Source: Octopus sinensis (Eukaryota). Taken from it: 17,989 nt of DNA. Position numbers and translations under genes: made by a program. Below are positions 8,440 through 17,637 of the stretch, in pieces; the first letter of the stretch is position 1, and the number at the start of each line of letters is the position of its first letter. The DNA lies in assembly GCF_006345805.1 (NCBI RefSeq), contig NW_021824778.1:1-17989 (forward strand), given 5' to 3'. The notes under the pieces were generated by a model, which did no database searches, was not told the origin of the DNA, and was given only the letters and a program-made list of their open reading frames with translations.

Positions 8440-8683
8440 GTGTGTGTGTGTGTGCGAGTGCTGTAACCCACACTAAGAAATGCATTTGACTTATACACCA
8501 CAATGTGAGTTTTCTCTAAATTTTGCTTAATTGGGGTTGAAATTTTAAAAACTGGACCTGGCACGACCCGATGCATTCTACTGTTAAAAATGCTAGGTAA
8601 ATTGTAATTGAAGAAATCCTATATTGTAGATTTCTATAAGATACAAAGGGAGGCAGATAAAATCTGCCTTTTATAATAAGAGA
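8440..8683 (-). mobile_element. Probable Helitron 5' terminal segment (second type)
   Basis: Minus strand starts A|TCTCTTATTATAAAAGGCAG at 8683. It is about 90% identical to 8725-8969 in inverted orientation, and a degenerate internal copy lies at 8185-8296. Confidence 0.55.
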
Positions 8684-8724
8684 TACATTTATATATATAC
8701 ATACATATTTTGTCTATATCTGTA

Positions 8725-8969
8725 TCTCTTATTATAAAAGGCAGATTTTATCTGCCTCCCTTTGTCATTTATAGAAATCCAGAATAGAGGATTTCTTCAA
8801 TTACAATTTACCTAGCATTTTTAAGAGTAGAATGCATTGGGTCATGCCAGGTCCAGTTTTTAAAATTTAAACTCCAATTAAGCAAAATTTACAGAAAACT
8901 CACATTCTGGTGTGTATGTCAAATGCTTTTCTTAGTCTGGTTTACAGCACACGCAAACGCACACACACA
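8725..8969 (+). mobile_element. Probable Helitron 5' terminal segment (second type)
   Basis: A|TCTCTTATTATAAAAGGCAG at 8724/8725, head-to-head with the minus-strand copy across a 41-bp spacer. Confidence 0.55.
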
Positions 8970-9254
8970 GTGTGCAACGAATAAAATGAAACTAATTCAC
9001 TGTGTGTGTGTTGACAGGTAGACAATAGAATGCGATGGCGATGGCGATGTAATATTTGTTTCTGTCTATCACGCTGATAGATACATGAGTAAAATGTATG
9101 GCAAGCTAAGAGGTAAGAGTGAGTGAAAATGTTCTTGGAAGAGAGTAAATAGCGACAGAGTGATTTGAGGAAGACTAAACTGAAAGTATGAAACAGTGTT
9201 TATGTATAAACAGACGACACTTATATATAGTTATTAATAAATGTATGCATCCGT

Positions 9255-9572
9255 TTAACCCTTTCGTTACCAAACCGCCCGAATTTACCTATTCATATTT
9301 AAATGAGAATATCAGAGTAAATCTCTTTAGTACATTTGTGAAAACACGTATTATACTTCAAATACAGTTTTGTACAAAAATCGAAGTGTAATTTTAATTC
9401 CGTGAATTATGGGAGATTTTTTTCCGAAATTTGTTCCTATTGTGTTTTCAAAATTTGTAATTCTGACAAAAAATGGATACGAATTTCATTATATCAAGCA
9501 GCGAGTCAGAATTCGAAGGATTTTCTACTGAAGACCTTCATAAATCTAACTCTATGACTGAAAAAAAAAGCA
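9255..9572 (+). mobile_element. piggyBac-like left end with truncated transposase N-terminus
   Basis: TTAA (9255-9258) followed by CCCTTTCGTTACC. ATG at 9473 reads MDTNFIISSSESEFEGFSTEDL, an acidic S/E-rich start typical of piggyBac transposases. No right TIR is found in the window. Confidence 0.55.
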
Positions 9573-9968
9573 TCTTTATATAAGAGTGAAGTTGTGTGTC
9601 TGTCTCCTACGATTTAGATTCGTAACTACTCCCACATTTTGCGGTGCAGTTTAACCAAAAGCGGGTATCTTATAGTCGTGATTCATATCGAGCCCTTCTG
9701 GGTATTAGCGCGCGTCTACGATGAGTCTACGATTTAAAAAAAAATTTACCATCATATTTTTCCATTTTAATGCATTTTTTTCGCTTTTATATAAGGGAAG
9801 TAACTCTCTAAAAATATCTACGATGTGTCAACGATTTAAAAAAAAATTTACCTTAATTTTTTTTCAAATTTTAATGCATTTTTTTGCTATTTTTTGGCTA
9901 TAACTCTCTAAAAATGCTTATATAGTTATTTCCCTTACAACCCGAGCAACGCCGGGCGATACTGCTAG
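9573..9968 (+). mobile_element. Non-autonomous Helitron, 396 bp
   Basis: A|TCTTTATATAAG start; hairpin CCCGAGCAACGCCGGG at 9941-9956, then CTAG|T at 9965-9969. 9573-9808 is homologous to 7112-6883, and there is an internal ~102-bp tandem duplication (9715 and 9817). Confidence 0.82.
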
Positions 9969-10279
9969 TTTACAGATATTTATATATATATATAACTATG
10001 TATGTACGAATATCTGCATATATATATGAATATATAGATGTATTTATGAATATATGTATGCACATCCTGTGTATGACATCAAACTACATCCGAAGGGTCG
10101 GGCCTATTTCAGGAGTTCTGGGGTTGAGGGGAAACGACGTTACCCCTTCATTACCGTTACTCCCTGGTCCGTTTTGACTCCGAATGTTTGTATCTCTCAG
10201 GATCTTAGGTGGAAAGTGTCTCCCGTTACTTTGGAAGGAGATGTCGGGTCGGTAACTCATCAAGCAGAAAGTTACGCTT

Positions 10280-10754
10280 ACATAAATTGTGAGACCCAAT
10301 CCAGAAGCTGGCTACATGCATGGTTCTTGGTCTCAAGCATTTGTCTTACGAAGAAAGGCTGAAGACGCTCGACCTTTATTCTCTAGAAAAACGACGACGC
10401 CGTGGTGATCTCATTCTTGCTCACAACATCATAAGCGAAAAGTGTAACCTCTCGAAAGAGCTGTTCTTCACTCCTGCTCCAGAACGTCGGCTGCTGGGTC
10501 ACTCCGAAAAGCTCTATCTGCGATGATTTCATCTCAATCAAAGGAGAGGGGCTTTCTCCGTCTAGGTTGCGGATCCGTGGAATAAGCTGCCGGACGAGAT
10601 AGTGAAGATGCCGACGACCGCTTGGTTCAAAATCTCCCTTGACCACAAATGGCCTGAACTCTTTACATGAACACCACCCTGTACATAACTCCATGTCCCC
10701 CTACATGGCCTTGCTTTTTGCTTTTTGAGCCCAAAAATTAACTAACTAACTAAC
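10280..10754 (+). mobile_element. 5'-truncated CR1/L2-group LINE 3' end
   Basis: LATCMVLGLKHLSYEERLKTLDLYSLEKRRRRGDLI...GHSEKL...WNKLPDEIV...FKISLD is the canonical CR1 ORF2 C-terminus, with in-frame stops. It has a short 3' UTR and an (AACT)n tail at 10739-10754. Confidence 0.87.
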
Positions 10755-11435
10755 ATTTCATATAATTTGCCACAATGGCATCACACAGGCTGGACACGGA
10801 TATTAATGGTATGAATGATGGTGATGCAAAAATGATGATGACAGGAGAAGACGAAAAGCGCCCGCCGACTTTCGCTTCTCTAAAACAATGTTCTTTTTTT
10901 CCTTTTTCTCCCAAAACACAATGAGGCAATAAACCCAACAATACAATGTTCAGAATTCTTTTTTCTTTTTTAAAACACAAAAAGTCACATGTTTCACATT
11001 TTCTAGACTCGTTCAAGTTATCCAGCCGACCAGTATCCTTGCTTCAGTGAAGTATGCACCCGGTTCCAGGGTGGACCACACAGGTATATATTTATAGGAG
11101 TCCTCCGGAAAGGAATTCATGATCCTGCACAGATCACTATCCCATAGAACCTCAGCAGCCACCTGCGAAGGCCACTCAGGATCCTCCGTGCAGGACAGAA
11201 GTCCCTCCCACCGGCCCCTCCTTATGAGCTTCTTACTACACTGCGACTCCTACGCCAAAATGCAAATATAGTAATTAAACATATCTTAGTTTATTTCAAA
11301 TATTTTCTTTCTTAGTTCCAGGCTTAGATTGACTGTCTTATTTACTGCTAATATGTTTAATCTGAATGGACACGAGATTTCTGCTAGTAGATGTTGAAGT
11401 GGGTATCTTCTATCCATCCAACCTTCCTTCGATGT

Positions 11436-11493
11436 ATCCTTAAATCCTTAAAAATGTTTTAGCCGGAAGGCCGCGGCCATGCTGGGGCACCAC
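11436..11493 (-). mobile_element. Isolated retroposon 3' tail fragment
   Basis: Minus strand reads gtggtgccccagcatggccgcggccttccggctaaaac...tttaaggatttaaggat, the same tail motif as the adjacent SINE and LINE. Confidence 0.6.
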
Positions 11494-11495
11494 CG

Positions 11496-11896
11496 CTCTT
11501 TTTACTCTTTTACTTGTTTCAGTCATTTGACTGCGGCCATGCTGGAGCACCGCCTTTAGTCGAGCAAATCGACCCTGGGACTTATTCTTTGTAAGCCCAG
11601 TACTTATTTTAACGGTCTCTTTTGCCGAACCGCAAGGTGACGGTGACGTAAACACACCAGCATCAGTTGTCAAGCAATGCTAGGGGGACAAACACAGACA
11701 CATTAACATATACACACACATACATATATATATGACAGGCTTCTTTCAGTTTCCGCCTACCAAATCCACTCACAAGGCATTGGTCGGCCCGAGGCTATAG
11801 CAGAAGACACTTGCCCAAGATGCCACGCAGTGGGACTGAACCCGGAACCATGTGGTTGGTAGGCAAGCTACTGACCACACAGCCACTCCTGCGCCT
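11496..11896 (-). mobile_element. tRNA-derived CORE-type SINE, second full copy
   Basis: Colinear with 1156-1552 at roughly 90% identity, with A box TGGCTGTGTGG and B box GGTTCAGTCCC. Confidence 0.88.
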
Positions 11897-11915
11897 ATCG
11901 CTGTATATATATATA

Positions 11916-12396
11916 TTTTTATATCATCTAGTTTCAGCTCACAAGCTGTGGCCATGCTGGGGCACACACATGCATACATACATACATGCATACATACATA
12001 CATACTGTACATACATACGTACATATATGCATGCATACATACATACATATACGCAAGCATACATACTTACATGCATACATACATACATACAAACATACAT
12101 ACATTTGATGTTGCTACATGATTTTACTTCACTGATGCTTTTTGGTGCATGAGAAAGTTTGATGCAGCTGCCCTGATCTGCACCTCCTACCACGAAGTTG
12201 GTTCATCTGGGACACCTGACAGGAAGAGGTCCAGCTTTATTTTGAAAACACCTACATCCACCCCATGCAGGTCTCTCAGGTCCTTCAGGAGGATATTGAA
12301 GAGCTGTGGACTTCTGAAGCCCAGGCTATCACAGTATCTTGTCCTACATCTTGATGGCAAATTTGGAGTCCTTGGCACTATGCAGTGGCGCCCAGT
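11916..12396 (-). mobile_element. 5'-truncated CR1-group LINE 3' end, with its 3' UTR split by a (TATG)n expansion
   Basis: Minus strand gives GRHCIVP...RTRYCDSLGFRSPQLFNILLKDLRDLHGVDVGVFKIKLDLFLSGVPDEP, a CR1/L2/Crack-like ORF2 C-terminus. The UTR runs to 12102, a microsatellite follows, then the tail gtgccccagcatggccacagcttgtgagctgaaac (11965-11931). Confidence 0.75.
11966..12101. repeat. (TACA)n microsatellite
   Basis: Interrupted tetranucleotide array. Confidence 0.95.
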
Positions 12397-12800
12397 ATGC
12401 ATATACATACATACTTTCATAAATACATACATAGATACATACATGTATACATACATACATGCATGAATATATATACATACATATATGCATGTATACATAC
12501 ATACATGCATGCATACATACATACATAGATACATACATACATGCATACATACATACTTACTGTACATACATACATACATACATACATGCATACATACATA
12601 CACACACATACATGCATACATACATACACACATACTGTACATACATACATATATACTGTACATACATACATACACACACATACATACATATATACTGTAC
12701 ATACATACATGCATGCATACGTACATACATACTGTACATACATACATACATGCATACATACTTAAATACATACACGCACATACATACATACATATACGCA
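12397..12800. repeat. (TACA)n compound microsatellite, ~400 bp
   Basis: TACA with TGCA, CTGTA and CA variants; source of many spurious ORFs. Confidence 0.97.
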
Positions 12801-13168
12801 AACATGCGTGAAACAGTGAAAATATGCAAGAATTTTCTTTAGCTTAAAATATGTTTATGTTTCCCTTATTTACATTCCAATAATAGTTTTCCTAAACTAA
12901 TTTTAATACTTTAGGTGAAAGTAATTCCAACTGTACGTAGAATTGACAGTGCCCTTAGGAAAACATATAGTTATAATATTGATCACAATATTTTTGATTA
13001 CAATATTGCTAATTATCCTGGATTTGAAACATAATTTCGGAGTTTAGAGGTAGTACTGATTCCTGTAGCCATGATTACTCCATAGAAGTAAAAAAAACGC
13101 TATTGTAATTTCGAAAGCAAAATTATAATTCCTTTAGTCAACCGGTGTTTTAAGGACATTATATAGCA

Positions 13169-13210
13169 ACTAGCATTAAAGACCCGTCCTTGCCGGGTCA
13201 TAGTGCTAGT
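13169..13210. other. Imperfect palindrome with a Helitron-type 3' end signature on both strands
   Basis: ACTAGCA-ttaaa-GACCCG-tccttgc-CGGGTC-atag-TGCTAGT gives a GC hairpin followed by CTAG|T when read on either strand. Confidence 0.5.
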
Positions 13211-13493
13211 GAATGTATATATGTGTATGTATATATGTGTGTACATATTACATGTACATCTATATATATACATCTACACATAAAATGCAAAATACAAAGT
13301 TATATCTTGATATCGCTAGAGATAACAATACTCAAAATTTATAACAGACTGGAATTGTTAGCCCGTCTCTTGTAATTTCGATCAATTGTATCTTGTCCTC
13401 CCTCTTGTATAGAAGTGTGGCTACAATCCAGCCTACCTCGGGGTGGGGGGCTTTTAAAATTGATGGAACTTTACCCGCTGGATTTTTCTCAGA

Positions 13494-13539
13494 AAAATGT
13501 CCGACGAACGGCAACGGGAAACTCAGAGTAACAGGTTTT
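13494..13539 (+). ncRNA. Minimal type-I hammerhead ribozyme, U4C core
   Basis: aaaaUGU-CCGACGA-ACG-GCAA-CGG-GAAAC-UCAGA-GUA-ACAgguuuu. Stem II has a GNRA loop and an A.G closing mismatch; stem III is ACUC-A-GAGU, as at 739-794. Predicted cleavage is after A13530. Confidence 0.6.
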
Positions 13540-13545
13540 GTTGAA

Positions 13546-13672
13546 TTTTCTGCTGCTTTAAATAAAGTATATATATATATAATACTTTATTTAAAGCAGC
13601 AGAAAAAAAAATATATATACTTTATTTAAAGCAGCAGAAAAAAAAATATATATACTTTATTTAAAGCAGCAG

Positions 13673-13676
<4 letters not shown>
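13546..13676. repeat. 24-bp motif followed by three inverted tandem copies (35-bp period)
   Basis: ttttctgctgctttaaataaagta at 13546-13569; its reverse complement tactttatttaaagcagcagaaaa starts at 13583, 13618 and 13653. Confidence 0.95.
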
Positions 13677-13724
<48 letters not shown>

Positions 13725-15429
13725 CACACGCAAAGCGAGAGAGAAATTTACAACAAAACTACGGCTAAAAATACAACGCCAGCTTTGCTTGATCATTCCA
13801 ACAAGGTACAAATATGGCGACCCGAAGGAAAATGGAGCATCAACGGTCGGTTTCTGTTTGATATATTATCGTTAAATTGTATCTTTAAAACAGCCTGTAT
13901 TGTTTTTTACAATAGTATTTCAATAATATTTATTTTCACTGATTTCACTGATTTAATGTGTCCTTTCAGTTTAAAGACTTCATTTTGTGATAAGATTTGC
14001 TGATGCTTCTAACAGGGTTACGAGCCACGTAGCTTGTGTATATACAAGTTATTATTATGTAAACAGTATTTACGACCACGTTACCCAGCAGTCTTTTTCT
14101 TCTGAAACACCAGTGCGACAACGAAAATGAAACCGACAATAATGAGGACTATGCAAAAATTTCTTGGCTATTCTGAATGACTGAAATTAATAAGTAAATG
14201 ATTAAACTCTTCTCGGGACATAGATTTGTCTTCTGAAAACTTTCAAACAATATTTTTACGAAATAGTCGTTAATTTGCAATACTTTCATGTGTTTTACTG
14301 TTTCTTTTTATGAGGACATGTCCTTTTTCAAGACGATATGTTTTAAGAAACGAAGCATGTAATCTATAAATAACATTCTCTCTTAATAATAATTCACTTT
14401 TAGCCTGTCCCCTTGTCCCACTTTTAACTATTTGCTAATTTATTTCGGTCATTCAAAATAGCCAAGTTATTCTTATACATTTCTCATTATTATTGGTTTC
14501 ATTGTTTATTGTAGGACCTTTTATATTCATTTTTTTAATGCAATAAGATGTCATTTGAAGTGTGAGTAGGTTCTTTTTGTTGCTGATGCTTGTGCAGCCA
14601 GTCATTGTTGATAAGACTAAGGAACAGTAACAACATGAGAAAAGAAGAGATTAGTGACAGAAAGTGAAAGAGAAAGAAACAACATTCAATAGGATTCTGC
14701 TTGACTGGATATCGTGGAATACAATAGTACCTATACACACACGCACACAAGTGTGTATGTATGCATGTGTGGTGGTAGCCGATTTCCTATCGAGTCAAGC
14801 TATTTCCGATACTGATTCTGTCCTGATATAGTGTTACAGTTTAATTGGCGGACCTGGTGCACAGTTACCCACCCTCGAAACTGACTTCTCCGTTTTTTTT
14901 TCCACTGGATTCCTATGTATTCGGTGACGGAGACTCCGAATATGTAAAAAAACCACGTTTTCAACCCCCCCCCCCAATTTAAAACTGTTTTCGAATTTTT
15001 TTTTCAAAGTTTGTGGAAAATACGGAGAATAAGAATATGGGGGAAAAAACAAATTTTAATTTCAAATTTTTTATGAAAATATGATCCACACCCCTTCACC
15101 ACCTCATCTCGCTGTGTAAAAGTGAAAAATGAATGACTGTTTTGTCCGTTCCTACATGCGTCAATTTATAGTGTAACAACAAAAGGATCACGGCATGTGA
15201 ATCCCTCACCACAAAACTTGACATGCTAAAAATAATAGCTAATTGTCTGGAGAATTTTCGTGTTTGTGTGTGCGCGCGTGCAACAATTTCTATAGCTTAT
15301 CTGAATGTACAGAGAAAAAAGTACGCAGAAATACATTTTACATACCTGTAGTATACGTCGGTTTTGTTTTGTCGCTGATTGAAGCAATTAATTACCTTGC
15401 TGGAAAATGGAAAATCCTTCAGCCTTTTA

Positions 15430-15622
15430 TATCGGTTTGTATTTATTAATATATGGATTTTTGCGTATTTTGGGTTAGCCGTAGAAGAGACTTGGTTTGT
15501 ATTTAAAATCGGATAGATAATCAATTTCTTTTTTAGTGAGGCCTTTTACATCTATTTAAAGTAAAGAGAATAATTTTTTTAACGTTGGTAAAGTTTCGTA
15601 GAATTTATCAAGCCTATGCATT
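15430..15622 (-). pseudogene. Inverted upstream segment of a Penelope-like RT
   Basis: Minus strand gives LDKFYETLPTLKKLFSLL*IDVKGLTKKEIDYLSDFKYKPSLFYG*PKIRK, matching the PLE RT motif 'LTxKExDYL...FYGLPKIHK' that normally precedes 'KLRPII'. Confidence 0.75.
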
Positions 15623-17190
15623 AATGCCCCGACACTGACATCAAACTAAAACCCATCATTGCTGGCTCAGCTTGTGTAACTCGTTTGAGCAATTTCTTTG
15701 ACAACTTACTCAAACCATTTAAAAAATATGTTAACAGCTTTATTAGGGCTGATTTAGACATGCTTAGCCACCTCCCGAAAACAATAAATGAAGGAACCCT
15801 GTTAGTATCATTCAATATGGTGAACTTGTACACCAATATTCCACACAATTATAGTATAAAAGCAATCACCTTCTGGCTAGAAAAATACCTAGAAGAGATC
15901 TCAGGATGCATCAACCACAGTTTCAAAATTACAGCACTGAAATTTATCCTCCTGAACAACTATTTCATGTTTGATATAGTTTACTATCAATAAAAATGTG
16001 GAATTGCAATGGGAACTTGAGCTGCTCCAGTGACTGTGAACCTTGTAATGGGTTATCTAGAACTTAAAATATACCAATTATCACAACAAAAATATGGTAC
16101 CTCATTTCATTGTTATTAAAAAAAGAACCGTAAAAGGATGATTGCTTGGACAAAAGATGATAGCATGGACAAACTCTTTGATTTCAAAATAATGCTCAAC
16201 AATATCAATAGCAACATACAATTCACCATGGAACACAGTAATAAACAACTTCCCTTTCTTGACATCCTAATTAAAATTGTCAATAACCACACCAAAACAG
16301 ACATTATAAACTCACAGATTCAAAACAATACCTATTATTCAACTCATGCCACCCCAAACACATAAAAATTAATATACCTAATATATCTAGCGAAAAGAAT
16401 CTGTACCATAGTTTTTTCGGATATCAATACCTGTGAACTAAGACTCTGTGAACTTAAATCAACACTAATCAGGAGACATTACACAACATCATTAATAGAT
16501 GATGGGATTAAATGAGCAAAGGAAATAGACATACAAACATTAAGGCAAGTTATCCGAAATACCGCACAAGATTTAAAAGAACTCCCATACATCTCTACAC
16601 AAAACCCAAGAAACAATGAGGCATTCAACATCATCCAAAATCTACTCATTCTCACTGGAGATAGAACACTGAATGAAATTTTAGGCTCACCCAAAATTAT
16701 CAAAAGCAAAATGCAACTGAAATCATTGAAAAAAATATTAACTAGTGGAAGACTATATATATCCTTTAAGAACAGAACCAAAAGTGAAAAAATGCGGGCA
16801 GCCTAACCATGGCACATGTCCCCACCTTTTGGAGGGTACAGAATTTCAGAAATATTTAGGATAAAATCAAATTTCACTTGTGCCTCTGAAAATTTATTAC
16901 CTGCTTAGTTTGTGGAAACCACTACATAGGCCAAACAGAAATGTCTTTCAGACGAAGAAGAGCACTTCACAAAGAACAAATCTGCTTCTCACAATATAGA
17001 CAGATACAGGTCAGTGAGCATATAGATATATTGTGCTAGGAAACTTAAACCAAACTTCTTAATTTTCCCTCTTTTTCAATGTTCCCAAAACACCTAAGTG
17101 CAGCAAAGATTATATAAAGAGGCAACTTTCTTTAACAAATATCAACCACAACTTAACATGAACACACAACTTAATACAGGAGACTACTAA
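15623..17190 (+). mobile_element. Decayed Penelope-like retroelement: RT + GIY-YIG endonuclease
   Basis: PDTDIKLKPIIAG, LVSFNMVNLYTNIP, YQ*KCGIAMGT*AAP, IQFTME...LPFLDILI, and CLVCGNHYIGQT...RRRRALHKEQI (~16900-16985). It has multiple stops and frameshifts, and the last frame ends at TAA 17188-17190. Confidence 0.9.
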
Positions 17191-17480
17191 CCTTACTAAT
17201 ACCAATAATCCCACTAATCCTCATACATCCCATATACCATTCATATTCTAGTAATCATATTTACCTTAAATGCATCACTTTCAGAACTGCTTACCACCCT
17301 TGCATGCAATCTTTTCCCTCATGTACTATTAGATCCAACACCGTTTGGAAATTAGTGTTGATTCAAAGTCAGTAATAAGCTCTGAAGAAACCGGTATGAC
17401 TTTGATTTTCTATACTGACTCATAATAATGATTTTTATACTTCTTAACTCCACCCCAAATCATTTATTTGTATATATCTT

Positions 17481-17525
17481 TCATCATCATCATCATCGTT
17501 TAACGTCCGCTTTCCATGCTAGCAT
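17481..17525 (-). mobile_element. 45-bp retroposon 3' tail remnant with (GAT)n tail
   Basis: Minus strand reads atgctagcatggaaagcggacgttaaac(gat)5, recalled as a common cephalopod RTE/SINE-type tail; unverified. Confidence 0.5.
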
Positions 17526-17586
17526 AAAAAAGCCATTACTTTTATACTTAATGTGCATTTTTGTTTTTTTTTTCTTTACTTTCCCC

Positions 17587-17592
17587 TTATAT

Positions 17593-17633
<41 letters not shown>
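17587..17633. repeat. (TA)n microsatellite
   Basis: TA run with one interruption. Confidence 0.95.

Positions 17634-17637
<4 letters not shown>

Noticed and set aside
10054-10280. GC-richer block upstream of the CR1 fragment with ORFs on both strands
   Set aside because: No recognisable RT or other motif in any frame translated; could not be shown to be an inverted LINE piece.
11770-12842. Cluster of overlapping ORFs up to 204 aa (MYVC/HTYI repeats)
   Set aside because: (TACA)n lacks stops in most frames. Only the C-terminal part of 12187-12801(-) is real LINE ORF2 remnant.
14770-15260. Possible DNA-transposon subterminal sequence (TTCGG...CCGAA hairpin, homopolymer runs)
   Set aside because: No TIR pair, TSD or transposase motif found.
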